NCBI GenBank assembly: GCA_000165425.1
Contig: CT868005.1
Location: 1 to 64,000 of the forward strand
Length of the DNA stretch: 64,000 nucleotides
Direction: 5' to 3'
Source of the DNA: Paramecium tetraurelia
Lineage: Eukaryota
Within the stretch, counting starts at the first letter, position 1, and every line of letters starts with the position of its first letter. The translations under genes were made by a program, and so were the position numbers. A model generated the notes under the pieces. It was not told where the DNA came from and made no database searches. It worked only from the letters and a program-made list of their open reading frames with translations. This document shows positions 40,501-53,119 of the stretch, one piece after another.

Positions 40501-41544
40501 CTGACAATAGAGAAGTAGCCATCATTTGTCTACTAGAAATACTGTACATTATGATAGTGTCTTGCTAGATGAAGATGTTTTCATTTCTGTAAGTAATACT
40601 GTATATGATGATCATGTTTGGATTGTTCTTAGGGTTCTACATCTCTTCAGACTTAATCACTCATTATGCAATCTTCTATATTTGTTGTTGCATGCTGATC
40701 CTATTATTGGGATATTATCTGGCAATGAGTGAACAAATCCAAATGTTCAACAATTTGTAGATCAATGAAGAAAAGAAGGTCAAACGAATTAATCTTGTCA
40801 GTTAACTATTACCTATGCACTCCTACCTTAAAATGAAGAATAGTAACATCTACGATAAGAGTGACTTTATAGATGAGTTTGATGATGTGACTCTCCTTTT
40901 TGCTGACATTAAAGGATTCACTGAGTACTCTCATACTCAGACTCCAGAAGGTGTAGTAGTAATGTTGAGAAATCTCTTCACTGAATTCGATAAACTTTGT
41001 CAAAGATACAATGTCTACAAAATGTACACTATTGGTGATTGTTATGTTGTCATGGGATTCACTAATAGTGCCAAACGAAATGTATTCTCTCATATTCATT
41101 ATTTAGCCTATTTAAGAAGCCATTAACACTGTCAAAATGGGATTTCAGATGGTCGATATCATCATGTCAGTTAGATAGAAAATCAAATTTGATAAATTAA
41201 ATATGAGAATTGGTATCCACACTGGCTAGGTAACTGGAGGTATCATAGGAACTGATATTGTACGATATGATATCTATGGAAAAGATGTCTCCGTTGCCAA
41301 TAAAATGGAAAGCAGTGGAGTTGAGGGAAGAGTTCAAGTCTCTGAGACCACTAAGTTAATGATAGAAAGAGCTGAAAAACATGCTTTCAACTTCAAATTC
41401 CACCATGTAAATTAAGTTCATCTATTCTAGGATGTTGAGTTGAACAAATTCAATATGAATATCAAGGGATTCCTTGTAGATTGGGATAAAACAAGAGAAG
41501 AGGCTAGTCTAGATCCATATAGATCACCAAGTCACCATATATGA
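34514..41544 (+). CDS. bifunctional P4-type ATPase-like / transmembrane guanylyl cyclase (alveolate GC); assembly carries apparent frameshifts
   Basis: ATPase motifs VPADIILL, DGKS (35109), LIPSTLY, DKTGTLT (35775), LMLCHEA, WLLSGD, GVGDGYND. Two TM blocks. C1 ILFAYICDF..KIETVGYTYMA..GVIGHHKPQFSLIG; C2 LLFADIKGFT..KMYTIGDCYV..MRIGIHTG..RYDIYGKDVSVANKMES. Several short introns. The start could be 34601/34610 instead. Confidence 0.93.
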
Positions 41545-41612
41545 TACACATTTTAAACTTAATATTTAAATTATTATGCATAATAAAATCTCTACAACAT
41601 CATTTCTCAAAT

Positions 41613-42095
41613 TCAATCAGCCTTCTTTGTACTTTCAGTTGTGTGCTTTTCACCCTTTCCTTTTGTTGATACTTTAGCTGATGCCTTTCTTGCAAGCAAT
41701 TGTTTTCTGTCCTCATTTAAGTATGGTTTAGTGATAATGCATTAAGATGCTCTGATTGGTATTTGATATGGCATTCCTATTGTTATTATGATTAACTCTA
41801 CCATTGGCTTTAGTTCTTGTCAATTTCTCAATCTGAATTGTCCATCTCTTCCTGTAAACTGATGAAACCTTTCCTTTGGTTCCCTTGTGAGTGCCTTGCC
41901 TTACTATTTATTAATACCTCTGACCACTGTCACTTCATCATCCTTTCTGACTGGTAATGCTCTGACATTATATTTTTTTCTTAGATCTTTAGACAAATGA
42001 GCACTCATCAATTTATATCTGAGATTAGATGGAGCACCAAGCTAAGCTCTTCTGCCCTTTCTTCTTTGACTTGACACTTCTGTATGGGTTTTCAT
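41613..42095 (-). CDS. RPL26: 60S ribosomal protein L26 (uL24)
   Basis: [71 protein letters not shown]; two introns. Confidence 0.97.
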
Positions 42096-42173
42096 TTGAA
42101 AAAGATTTAATTAAAAATTAATTTATTGCTTTCTAATATAAATTATTTAACATCTCTTTAACACACTCTTATA

Positions 42174-43631
42174 TCACATAATCAATTTAGCATTATCTTC
42201 ATCTTCTTCGTCCTATTCAATTAAGTTTTACACTCTTCTCCATATGAATATTCCTAATATAGTAATTATCATTAGACTTAATCCAAACACTTACTCTCGA
42301 ATAAAAAATTGCAGTCCAACCAACACTGCTAAACTCAAGCCTTAACTCAGTTGGATTGGCATGAAATCATCAACGTACTGATTTATTAAGTGATTTATAC
42401 ATAATTATAGCTACTGGTGAATGAGAATAAACCCACCCCATTACTAAATATTGTCAAGATGCAAGAGATCAAAATGAAATAATAGGATTAAATTTAAATG
42501 CTTATCACCAATGCCAAGTTGATAATAATGCTCATGAACAAGCTTAATCTGTACAGTAACAATTATGGAACCTTGTAAAATAATCTACAAGGCAAGTAGT
42601 TTGCCAAAACCATTGTCAATCCAAAAATGAAGTAATGAAAAGGCATAGATTAATAGATAACACCATTGGAATCAACATTCAAACGATTAATAAAGAACAC
42701 CAACATCATGGTGCTGCTTGAATACATGATGATCTAAATGATTTTGAGAGTCTTTTATTCATCTAATTCGTACTCGTCATCTATTGATTAAATTGTAGAT
42801 TACTATCAACAAGCCGTTTTTCGTGGTACATGTCTATGACTTCTTCTACATTGGCTTTCTTGAACATATTGGCCAAGAAGTACTCAGCCTCATTCGGAGT
42901 ACAAGTCTTCAGATCATCATAATTAAATGAAAGATGCAAATTGATCAATCTAATTGCCAAAAAGACTGTTGGCAAAGAGATTAACAAATTCCACAGAACA
43001 CAATCATCATAAATCTTCAACTTGTTAAGCATCTCGATTTTGGGATAACTGTAAGCCATGAGTCCTTAAATTGTCCATCCAATTCCAAAAGCCATATATT
43101 GATACTGACATAAAAACTGACCTAGGTTTTTTACTAGTTATCATTAATATTGATTCAATTACCATTTAATTATTCTGGAAATTTTTTCTTAATATAAACT
43201 TCAATAGGCTTCATCATAGTTTTAAAATAGACATTGCTGTACTTTATGTCCAGATTGATTAAGGCTCCCATAAATACTCTCACTATCAGGGTGCCTTCTC
43301 TAAAGGGGAGAAACCATTGCAACACCAGAGCCACGATAAGCATTGTCTCACATTTAATCATTATCTGTCTCAAATTGCCTTTCATCTCAATGCCACTTGC
43401 AAGCAAATAACCTCTAAATAATCTTTGGAGAGAGTACATCAGAAATGCAACATTCATCCAATTGAAATCGATTTTGTATTTATGTTTAGTTTGATTGATC
43501 TTTAGCCAGGATGGTTCTGCTGCACTTGGGATTGTCATGAAATAACCTAAAAATGCATAGGGAGCAAAGCAATGCCAGGCGAAGTAATGGATTTACTTTT
43601 TTACCCTAAATATCTATGTTTCCTCTTTCAT
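42174..43631 (-). CDS. multi-pass membrane protein, possibly a divergent MFS transporter
   Basis: Many hydrophobic segments; LIVRVFMGALINLDIKYSNVYFKTMMKP resembles MFS TM4. Joins ORF-track pieces 43170-43538 and 42781-43059 via short introns. The 3' exon structure is not fully resolved. Confidence 0.55.
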
Positions 43632-43745
43632 TATTTATTATTTTTTGGAAAATATAATTATTAGTAAACAGAGTTGACCAATTATTTCAACTATGAGAAA
43701 GAAGGAGTTTAAATTAATTATTATTATTGTTTATATTAAACTAAT

Positions 43746-44054
43746 TCATGCTCCAAAGCCATAAAGAGTTCTGCCTTATCTCTTTAAGGAGTACACAACA
43801 TCCATTACGGTAACTGTCTTTCTTCTGGCATGCTCTGTATAGGTGATAGCATCTCTAACGACATTTTCTAAGAAGCTCTTCAAGACATTTCTTGAGTCAT
43901 CATAAAGGAAGGATGAAATTCTCTTAACACCTCCTCTTCTTGCTAATCTTCTGATTGCTGGCTTTGTAATTCCTTCAATGGATGCTTTGTTTGGTTTTCT
44001 TGCATGTCTCTTTGCGCTGACCTTGCCAATTCCTTTGCCTGATTTTCCTGCCAT
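43746..44054 (-). CDS. H4: histone H4
   Basis: [47 protein letters not shown]...LKR-TAA(Q)[12 protein letters not shown]; intronless. Confidence 0.99.
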
Positions 44055-44136
44055 TTTTATTGATTTGAATTAATGAAAATAAAAAAAGTAGGTTGTATAT
44101 TGTAATATTAATCCGAATAATCGATAAATCAACCAA

Positions 44137-46230
44137 TCATAATTTTTGTTTAGAAAAGTTAATTTATATAGGTCTATATTTATATAACAAAATATAATTA
44201 CTTTCCGTCCAATTCTAATCCATTCATTTTAGCCAAAACTGTCAATGCCACCTCAATAGTGGCATATTTCAGGATACACATATACTTATTACCAGTAGAT
44301 AGAATTCTATATAATAAAAACAACTCTTAGTACTTCAACACTTTGATTTATCCAAAATCCTGCATATATTATTACATAATATGATTTTGGCAAGAATTTC
44401 TTGTAAGATTAGAAACTTAGATTGTGTCACATGGTGGAGCAAGAGTATAAGTGGAATCAGGTTTGATACGGTGAGTTTCTTCTCCTCCCTAAAAGTATTC
44501 TTCTTGAGTTTTGAGATCGGAAGCTATTTCACCAGGTTTTGATGGTTATGTTTTTAAGGATATTTCCTCATAATTTGAAAAAAAGATCTATTTAGTAAGT
44601 GGTAGAATACTTTGATTTATTATCCATAAAACATGATATCATTCAAAGCGTCTTTGGCTATGGCTGCATGATCCTATAACACATACTGAATGAGACAACT
44701 TGATCTCTCCTTCAGATATATCATTTTATCGATGTTGCCATAGATACTAAATATATTGTAAAGCATAGCGGATGTTACAACTTTCTTGTCGAACCATCTT
44801 GCATAGATGACTTTCGATTTGCGAAGAGCTAAACAAAATCAATAAATGAAGAACCTTTAAAAAAGAGAGGATTCACATATTCTTCAATTTTTTCTTATTA
44901 TTATTGCAAAGTCTGACTTTTCGAAGTGATTTATGGATTTAAACTCTAATTTTTACCTTTGCTAATTAATTAATCAATATTGTCCACACTTCTTGATGAT
45001 TATTCAATAGTATTTTTCTGAGTTTGTTTTTCAACTTGATGTGCAACTAAGTTGTCACTTTTCTCAGATCTAATCTCCTGATTCCATTTGTTAAAGATCT
45101 CTTATTTTTCTTCATTTGACTCTTAATTTTAATCAACCAATTGGAACAATTCATTATCATCCTCGTTTTCAATGCCATTGACTCTTTAGAATAGTTCTTC
45201 TTCATATTCTTGGAGATTGTCGTCTTCGCCTTCAGAATCTCTGAGACCTAATCCATTGAAATTGAGTTCCTCTGCTTTGACAACACTCTTTCCCTCACTC
45301 TAATACATCTTCTGAACCTACATCTGATCGATCAACTTATCGGAACTATGGAACATAACATCCTTGGTCACATCAGATTCATGATAACTTTGTATGAATT
45401 CAATCTAATCTCCATTGGTGACCTTTTTGTCGTTGGGGAGTGTCAGTTTTTTCCTGTTCTGTTTGCCATTGCTACTAGATTGAACACTGGTAGATTTTTA
45501 ATCATCAAGTTGGTTGTACTCTTATAAGAAGGTTTAGTAATGGTCTGTGAGGTTGGAGAATTTAAGTTAAAAGTCGTAGATGTCCTTCAAGATGGACTAC
45601 TGCTTTTCTATTTGATTCTGGAGGTCGCTGTTTTGCTATAAGGGTGCAACAAAGCCTTCTGCACAAACCTATTGCAATTGTCCCATAAGGGAATTGATTT
45701 GCTAGATTTGTCGAGACATTTGGTGTTGGAATTGCATTTGGGATTACAAAAATTAGAAGTTTTGTTAAGGAGAGATGGGATTTGTTTTAATGGATGAAGA
45801 AGATTGTGTAACTTCATTTGGAGGGGACGACTCTTTTTTTCGTAACTAAGTGTAATCTACCAATTAATTGCACTCATACCTACTCCCCCAGTATTGTTTT
45901 CTTGGAATGTTATGTAAGTTAATTTGCTGGCATACACATTCATCAACAATGTGTTGTCATCGCAGAAGAATTTGTCATTCATCTGGGATCTAGCTTTGAG
46001 GGCAGAGTCTGGGTTGTCAAATTCAACAAAGGTTTTCCATGTGAGTGATCTCTCAAAGATGAGCATCTAAACAATTATAATTCAACAATTACTCTCTATA
46101 TGGTACCGAAAGGGCTAAACACTTTAAAATACTTATCATGACTCAGAGTCTTATTAGCCTTGTTAGTTATAACAACCAAAATCACATTAGTGCGGGGAGG
46201 ATCAGAGTTTCTTTCGATTTAAGAATTCAT
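44137..46230 (-). CDS. multi-RRM RNA-binding protein, PTBP/hnRNP L-like
   Basis: N-terminal RRM (VILVVITN..VFSPFGTIQR|MLIFERSLTWKTFVEF), low-complexity linker, C-terminal RRMs (LYNIFSIYGNIDKMIYL..CLIQY; PPCDTIQVSNL..PIQINFSK). Confidence 0.8.
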
Positions 46231-46378
46231 AATTAGATTTAGAGAAATTTAATATTTATTTAATTTTACATCAAATACAAATTATAAATGAATACTGATT
46301 TTACTATTTGTATTATTGAGCCTGAATCTTCCCCCACTTGCAATTTATTCAAAAATATCTTAACAACTATATAAAATC

Positions 46379-48109
46379 TCAAAGGAACTCCTTCTTCTAC
46401 ACCTTAAAGTACTCCTCCACCAAGTCTTGGATTGGCCCACTCTATTCTATTGTCTTGTCGGGTCTTTCTCTTTTAAACCTCGGGAATCTCACCGATATTC
46501 CTGTGTTCAACTACGAATTTTGAGCTGGGTAAAGAGGTGATGCAGAAACCGTATCGTAAGTGACCTCCCAAACGTCATTTTGAGAAAACCACACATGAGG
46601 TTGATCTTTAAATCCTATCAAATGGGAAGGACAACTGCCACTTGGTTTGGACATGTACCTCTTAGTCAACTCCTCTAATTTTTAATCACTAAACCCTGTC
46701 CCTATTTTAGCTATTGGATGCAATCGTCCATTCTCATAGATACCCAACAGAAATGAACCCAACCATTATTGTCTTTTTCCTTATCCATAATATCCACCCA
46801 GTACAACTAAATCAATATCCTTTTCTTTCTTAATCTTAAGCCAATCATTTCTTGACCCAGGGGTGTAAAAAGTGTCTCTTTTAATCATAATCCCCTCCAA
46901 TCCATCAAGCAACGCTTATTTATAAAACCTGTCCATTTCATTTTCATTCGCAAATTTATGTGATATAATGTGACTTATTACTTGTCTCTGCTTTGTTATA
47001 GGCTTTAAGATTGAATTGTATATTTATAATCTTTAGGAGTACGTTTTATTTAACAGAATTTATTTGTTGTGATACAAAATGTCAAAACAAACCAAACTCA
47101 AATACACTGAATTCTCGTAAGTTTTATTTTGCATTTCTTAAAATGGCAAGATCTCTCCATTATGATAACATATCATCTCACAATCCAAAATTACATCATC
47201 AAATTTATTGTTATCGAAATGGCCTTTCAATTAGTTAGATAGCTCTTTGAATTGGTTTGTCTTCTCCTCTAAAGACCTACCGAACAATTTGACTTCGCCA
47301 TTGGTGTAATGCACTTATAGTCTCTCCCCATCATATTTATACTCAAAATAACACCCACCCAGGTCATCATTCAAGAACTTCTTCTTTATTTTCTCCATCG
47401 TTATCTCTTCCTCCTTATTCTCCTTTTGAAAACTTTTTGCTAATTAGGGTTGTATCGGAATTCCTTTTTACAAATCTCCTGATCCCGATTGGTATCCCAA
47501 TAATCGTTTTCTTTCACTCTCATCGAGTAACTATGATACACTCTATGTACTTAAACCTATTCTCATTCTTTTCTATTCAATTCAAATGACTAATACCTTC
47601 AAGAATCTAATCAAATATTTGACCTCTTGTGCACTAGAACACAAACTTAATAAGTCCTTTACCAATACTTCCTTCTATTCTTCACAGCCTCCCCCTGATA
47701 ATTCAAAGATCTCTTGAATTTTTTAAAATAAACTCGAAAATTGTATAGAAGTTGATTTTTTATGGGCATTAAATACATCTTCGAAGTTGTTCATTGAATT
47801 GATCTCACCATACAATCTCTCAACTAGAGAAAACTCTAAGTTATAAGTCTGTGCTATTGCACTGTATAGAACATTAGCCGGCACAGCTGCTTCAATCAAT
47901 TATGATTATGAATTAACATCACAAAGAGTAAATCGAATAAATTCCTCCTTCACTTTAAATTCTTAAGCCTGTTTTAAGGCATCTTAGAATAGTGAAATTT
48001 TTATTTTTCTTCTCGATTCCTTCTCAATTTGATCGAAAACTTAACTACACCATCTGAAAGTACTAAATTATTAAAATCTATAGAGCCGTAATTACTTACA
48101 ACAAAACAT
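46379..48109 (-). CDS. ATP-dependent DNA ligase (compact DBD + adenylation + OB fold)
   Basis: EYKYDGERLQVH (motif I), EGIMIK (IV), WLKIKK (V), DLVVLGGYYGQGKR, KIGTGFSD, SVRFPRFKRERPDK (VI). The 1731-nt span is divisible by 3, apparently intronless. Confidence 0.92.
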
Positions 48110-48423
48110 ATTTATGGATAATAATAATTATTAATAAAGAATTTTTTTTATTAAATTTTAATTATCAAAATGTACTTCTGAGTATCGATTGAGATTTCAG
48201 AATTCAATTAAATATTTTCATATGCACACACACACTATTGATGATAGTCAGAATTTCTTTGATAGATTAGAGGCTATTAAGTTTCCTAAGTTTATCAATA
48301 TAATAAATAACATTAATTCATGATGATGAATTTAGCATCACGATATCTGTTTAATGACATACTTATTTGGTAATAAAGGACAGAATATCTTGATGATTGT
48401 ATTATTAATTATTTAATTAATAT

Positions 48424-49553
48424 ATGAGTGAATAATAAACTCAAAAAAGCATTTACCCATTTTATTAATTTTGTTTAGGAGGGGCATCACAAAACTTTTT
48501 GAAGTGTACTAATTGTTTTATCTTGGGTGTTATTATATTTATTTTGCTTTCTATTCTGGTTCTATAATTGCTTAGGAGATATCAAACGGGAACTAAGAAA
48601 TTGTCAAAAAAATGCATCATTTTGTACATGATTATGACCAACTTTCTAAGTAATCATGATTACCAATTCAAGTATTATTAGTAGAGTCCTTCATCATCAG
48701 CAACAAATACGTGACACAATTGGAACCTTACTTCAGAATGATGGTGTTCATCTTCTTTTACCACTACATCAGTCTTAAATTAAGCAAACTATCCACAGAC
48801 AGGAAGAGAGCATAAGCAAAATTCAGATACATTACTTTGTTCTTATTCGTTTTGGTGCTCGTTGGCTTAATATTTGTACTCATAGAATTGATTTAAGACG
48901 ACGACATTTTCTACGAATGCTATTGTAAGAAATAACTAATTCTAGTTAAATATAGTAAAATTTCAAGAATAGTGGGAGGGTGCGTAACAGCAATCCTCGT
49001 ATTCTTTAGTGTGAAGTTGTAAAAAAAAATGGATGATAAAGTTTAACCGCTATACAAGGATCTTCCACTTTTATAGATGAAGACATTCCAAAACAATGAA
49101 ACCCAAAGAGAAGACTTGAGAATACTAATTGTCATGTATAGTGCCTCCCAGTTTTTAACAATATTCTAAATGATTTACTTTATAGCAAAGGAACAGGTCA
49201 ATTCGGAATAGTAATTTCCCAATTGCACTCCATGTCAGATGATTCCTTGTCTGAAGATGTCAGTCAATAACACGATTGCATTTGAACTGTTCTTGAGATT
49301 GTGTTTCCTGACCATCATTATCATATTGCCGTACCTAGCACTAATCTCCTTCTTCTGGGTCAATTCGAATTAATTGCATAACGATTATGTATAAAATTCT
49401 ATATTCAATATATTGTAGCATAGAACCATCTCGAATGAAGAGGATATTTGGATTAATTTCTTTAAGAAAATGGGATACGAAAGATCTAAGATGGCATTGT
49501 CAGACATCACAGAATAATAAGAAAAATCTTCATCATTAGATTTTTCTAAATGA
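48424..49553 (+). CDS. seven-transmembrane-like membrane protein
   Basis: About 7 hydrophobic segments (CFILGVIIFILLSILVLQLL; ITLFLFVLVLVGLIFVLI; LCFLTIIIILPYLALISFFW); three short introns; TGA 49551-49553. Confidence 0.65.
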
Positions 49554-50122
49554 TGACTAATTAATCAAATTAATAATAATACTTACAAAAAAACATGCTC
49601 TGATTCTCCTATTGTTTTTCTAAAATCACAAAAACTATGAAGATTTTCAGTATTTGCAGTCAACTCTAATGTGGATACTGCAACTACCTGTTTGATTGTT
49701 CTAAAATCTTATAAAATATCATATTCATTATTATTTATCATTTTAATATATAACTTTAATTCTACATCTATAATAGTATAATTTTTTAGATTCTCATTAA
49801 TATTATTTAGATTAACACAAAATTTAAATAGTAAAGTTTTACATTTTCAAAATCAAATTAATTTGCTCTTAAATATGGGCGAATAGACAAAATAACATAA
49901 GAATTTTAATCAATATTTATAGACTTAATTTGATACCCATTCATATTTACTAAAATAAGATTAATTTCTTAAGTCTATTCTCAAAATCGGAATACAAGAT
50001 ATTATGTATATAGGAATTTGAAGATCTGGAATTTGATTAATAAAATACATAAATGATTTATACATTATAATTATATGCATTTTTGATATTGATAATATTT
50101 ATCACAAAATTAAATTAAAATA

Positions 50123-50861
50123 ATGAATAGTGAAAGTGGAAATGATGACAAGGGAAAATTCTTTAAAAATATACAAGCTCTATGGGATAGCTAATTAAAG
50201 GATTCAAAAGAGAAATGGTATTCTTTGGGGGATCAATATTGGAAAAAAATAGAACCAACATTGAACGGTGTATTGGGAGGATTAGATTTCTTAAATAAGA
50301 TTGATATAGAGGAATCAAACAAGTTATTGACGATGCTCTACAAGAACCCTCTTTAAAATCTAAGAGTCCTTGATTGTGGAGCAGGCATAGGAAGTAAAGA
50401 CTATGTTATATATAAAAATAGGAGTTTCGAAGGAGCTGTTGATTTAATGGTTCAAGAAAGTAGATTTGGTGGAACAGAATCCAATTTACGTGGAGAAGGC
50501 AAAGGAAGAACTTGGTGATAAAATAAGTGAGTATTATTGCGCTGGTTTGTAAAGTTTTGAGTTTCAACATAAATATGATTGTATTTGGGTGTAATGGGTG
50601 GCAAGTCATTTAACAGATGACGATTTAATATTATTCTTAAAAAAATGCAAGCTAAATTTGAATGGGAATGGTTACATAATTTTGAAGGAGAATATAACCA
50701 AATAGGGATTTAGTTATGACACCGAAGACCATAGTGTCATCAGATCAGACGCGATGTTTAAATAATTATTTTTGAAAGCTGGTTTGGATTTGAAATTCAG
50801 TGGTTTGTAGCCAAATTTTCCTAAGGATTTATACTAGGTTAATCAGTATGTATTATAATGA
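50123..50861 (+). CDS. NTMT1: alpha N-terminal protein methyltransferase 1
   Basis: YWKKIEPTLNGVLGG, VLDCGAGIGRVSKELL, VDLVEQN, YDCIWVQWVASHLTDDDL, LKEN, DTEDHSVIRS; one intron ~50394-50421. Confidence 0.95.
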
Positions 50862-51175
50862 ATCAAATTAAAACTATCAATTGTGTGTTCAATATTTATA
50901 TGATTTGACATTCATTTTATATCATACTTAAGGATTCTTGAGTCTTTGTATGAATAAGATCCATGAAATGCAAGTATGTTAGTAGTTGTATGAAAATACT
51001 TATATAAGAGTGTTGGAAAATGACAAGAATATTTGGATTCGTTTCTTACCATAATGTCTTCCATGGTCTGTTGATATATTTTCATATTTTCGAGACTTTA
51101 AAATTAATTATTTATGCAAGTTCTTTTGTTTTTGAATAAAAATATTAATTAATCTTCCAACTTGTAAATTTAATT

Positions 51176-52778
51176 ATGTAAACAAGAAATTGGAAGAAGA
51201 AAAAACAACTCCTAGAAAAACTGGCCCAAAAAAATGAAGCAAGTATGAGAGCGATAAATAATTGATAGTAGCAATAGCAAAAAATGACCAGTAGTTATTT
51301 GACAGTAATAGGGAATTTTTCTAGAGGTTCTAAAATTTCTATGAGAATGTTAAGGATATCAAGATTCCGTCCTTATAGTAATCTATTTTTGTATTCAGGT
51401 TATTGTAAGAATAATTTCATATCTCTGAATTATTAACTGATCAAGAAGTGTACAAGTTACAAAGGGATTTACATGAACAATGGACTCCAAAGCTACGCAA
51501 GAATTGGACTGACGATGATAAATAGATTCTCATCTGGGTAGTATTGAAAATTTGTTCAAAAGAGGGAATCAATATCAGAAAAATTGTAAATCATACTCTT
51601 ATTTAAAGCCTAACAAAGCTTGGGAAGATGTAGTGTAGCTGATCAGTCGCCGTACAGTTGAATAATGCAAAAATAAGTGGACCGATTTATTAAAATTATC
51701 ATTATAATAATTACCTTGGACTTAGGAGTAAGATCGATTGTTGCTCGATTTAATTAAGTAAATTTAATCAATTAATATTTAGAAAAAGCAAAGAGGAGGG
51801 CAAGTAAAACAAATGGTGCAGTTTAGCCAATTTACTCAATCTGTAGTTCAAAGAATCCCCAAGGACAGGAAAATAATGCAGAGAAAGATGGAATAATCAT
51901 TTGAATCCTGACATTAATAGATATCCTTGGAGTCTTGAGGAAGACATAGAATTGTTGGAAATAGTGAAAAAGCATCAAAGAAAATGGGCATTTATCTCAA
52001 AAAATTTAAAGACTAAAAGAAGTGAAAATGCAGTTAAAAATAGATTTAATTGTTTACTCAAAAAAAATCATTGCACCTCTATTACTGCTCTCCTGAATAT
52101 CCTCAAAAGCAGATTTAAATATGAGAATCCAACTATTCCTGTATCATCTCTTAAGAAATTGAAGGCCCATCATTATTATCCAAAATTATAGGATCATACC
52201 AAATAATTATATAATAATTAGACAAAAAATCAGACACCATTTACAATAGGGATATTTGATACTCTGAATTTCTGCGATCTCAATAATCTTCAGCCTGCAT
52301 TTTACAATCCAAATTCATAAACCGTTATTATGAGCACTAAGCAGCAATTATAAAATTACCTTAATACCCAAATGGTAAAAGTCGAAAATGATGTCGTCTT
52401 GAATTTTGTTGGTGAAATGAATAATCAATAGCCAGAACTATTGAATAATGTTTCCAGCATCCTGAATATTAATGATTCTTCCAATTGTGTGAGATATGTA
52501 CCAAGCATAATTCCAAATCTGGCTATAAATTCAATAGGAATCGATGATAAAAAGTAATCAATAATTTTATATCTAGATCTCAATTCAACATTCCTGGATT
52601 ACAAGTCTAGAATATTCAATAAAATGGACTTTTAAGAAATAAGAATTGTAGTTCATTCTCATACTTTTCAACTTAATCATAAAATGACAATACAGATAAA
52701 TCAATTCAAAATAATAGCCCAAAGCAAGATTAAAATCAAATAAATAAATAATAAATTGAGTTTGCAATTAATTAATGA
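51176..52778 (+). CDS. three-repeat Myb transcription factor
   Basis: WTDDDKQIL..RRTVEQCKNKW; WTQEQDRLL..NKWCSLA..RTGKQCRERWNNHLNP; WSLEEDIEL..RKWAFIS..RSENAVKNRF. Several short introns; termini less certain. Confidence 0.85.
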
Positions 52779-53119
52779 AATGAAAACCCATTTTTTATAT
52801 ATCATATTCAATACAAAAGTACTAAGATATAACTTCAAACTCAAATAAAAAATTTAAATATACTTCGTATTGGTATAATTGGTCTTATTATAATAAATGG
52901 CAATAAGATTTCTATTCATAGAGCATAATGTTTATAATCACATTTATGATCAATTTACATTTTAGTATCATATTAATATACATAATGATGATGATATTTT
53001 TTTTTCTATTTTGATTCTTTGGAATTAGACATCAGAAAGTTAAATTTGAAAGAATCTTTCCATCGAAATAAATTGGTAATAAGAAGGCTAATTTAATTAA
53101 TATTAAATTTAATAAAAAT

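Noticed and set aside
43746..50861. Functional link between H4 (N-terminus AGK) and nearby NTMT1
   Set aside because: Not the canonical X-P-K substrate motif, and proximity in a compact eukaryotic genome implies nothing.
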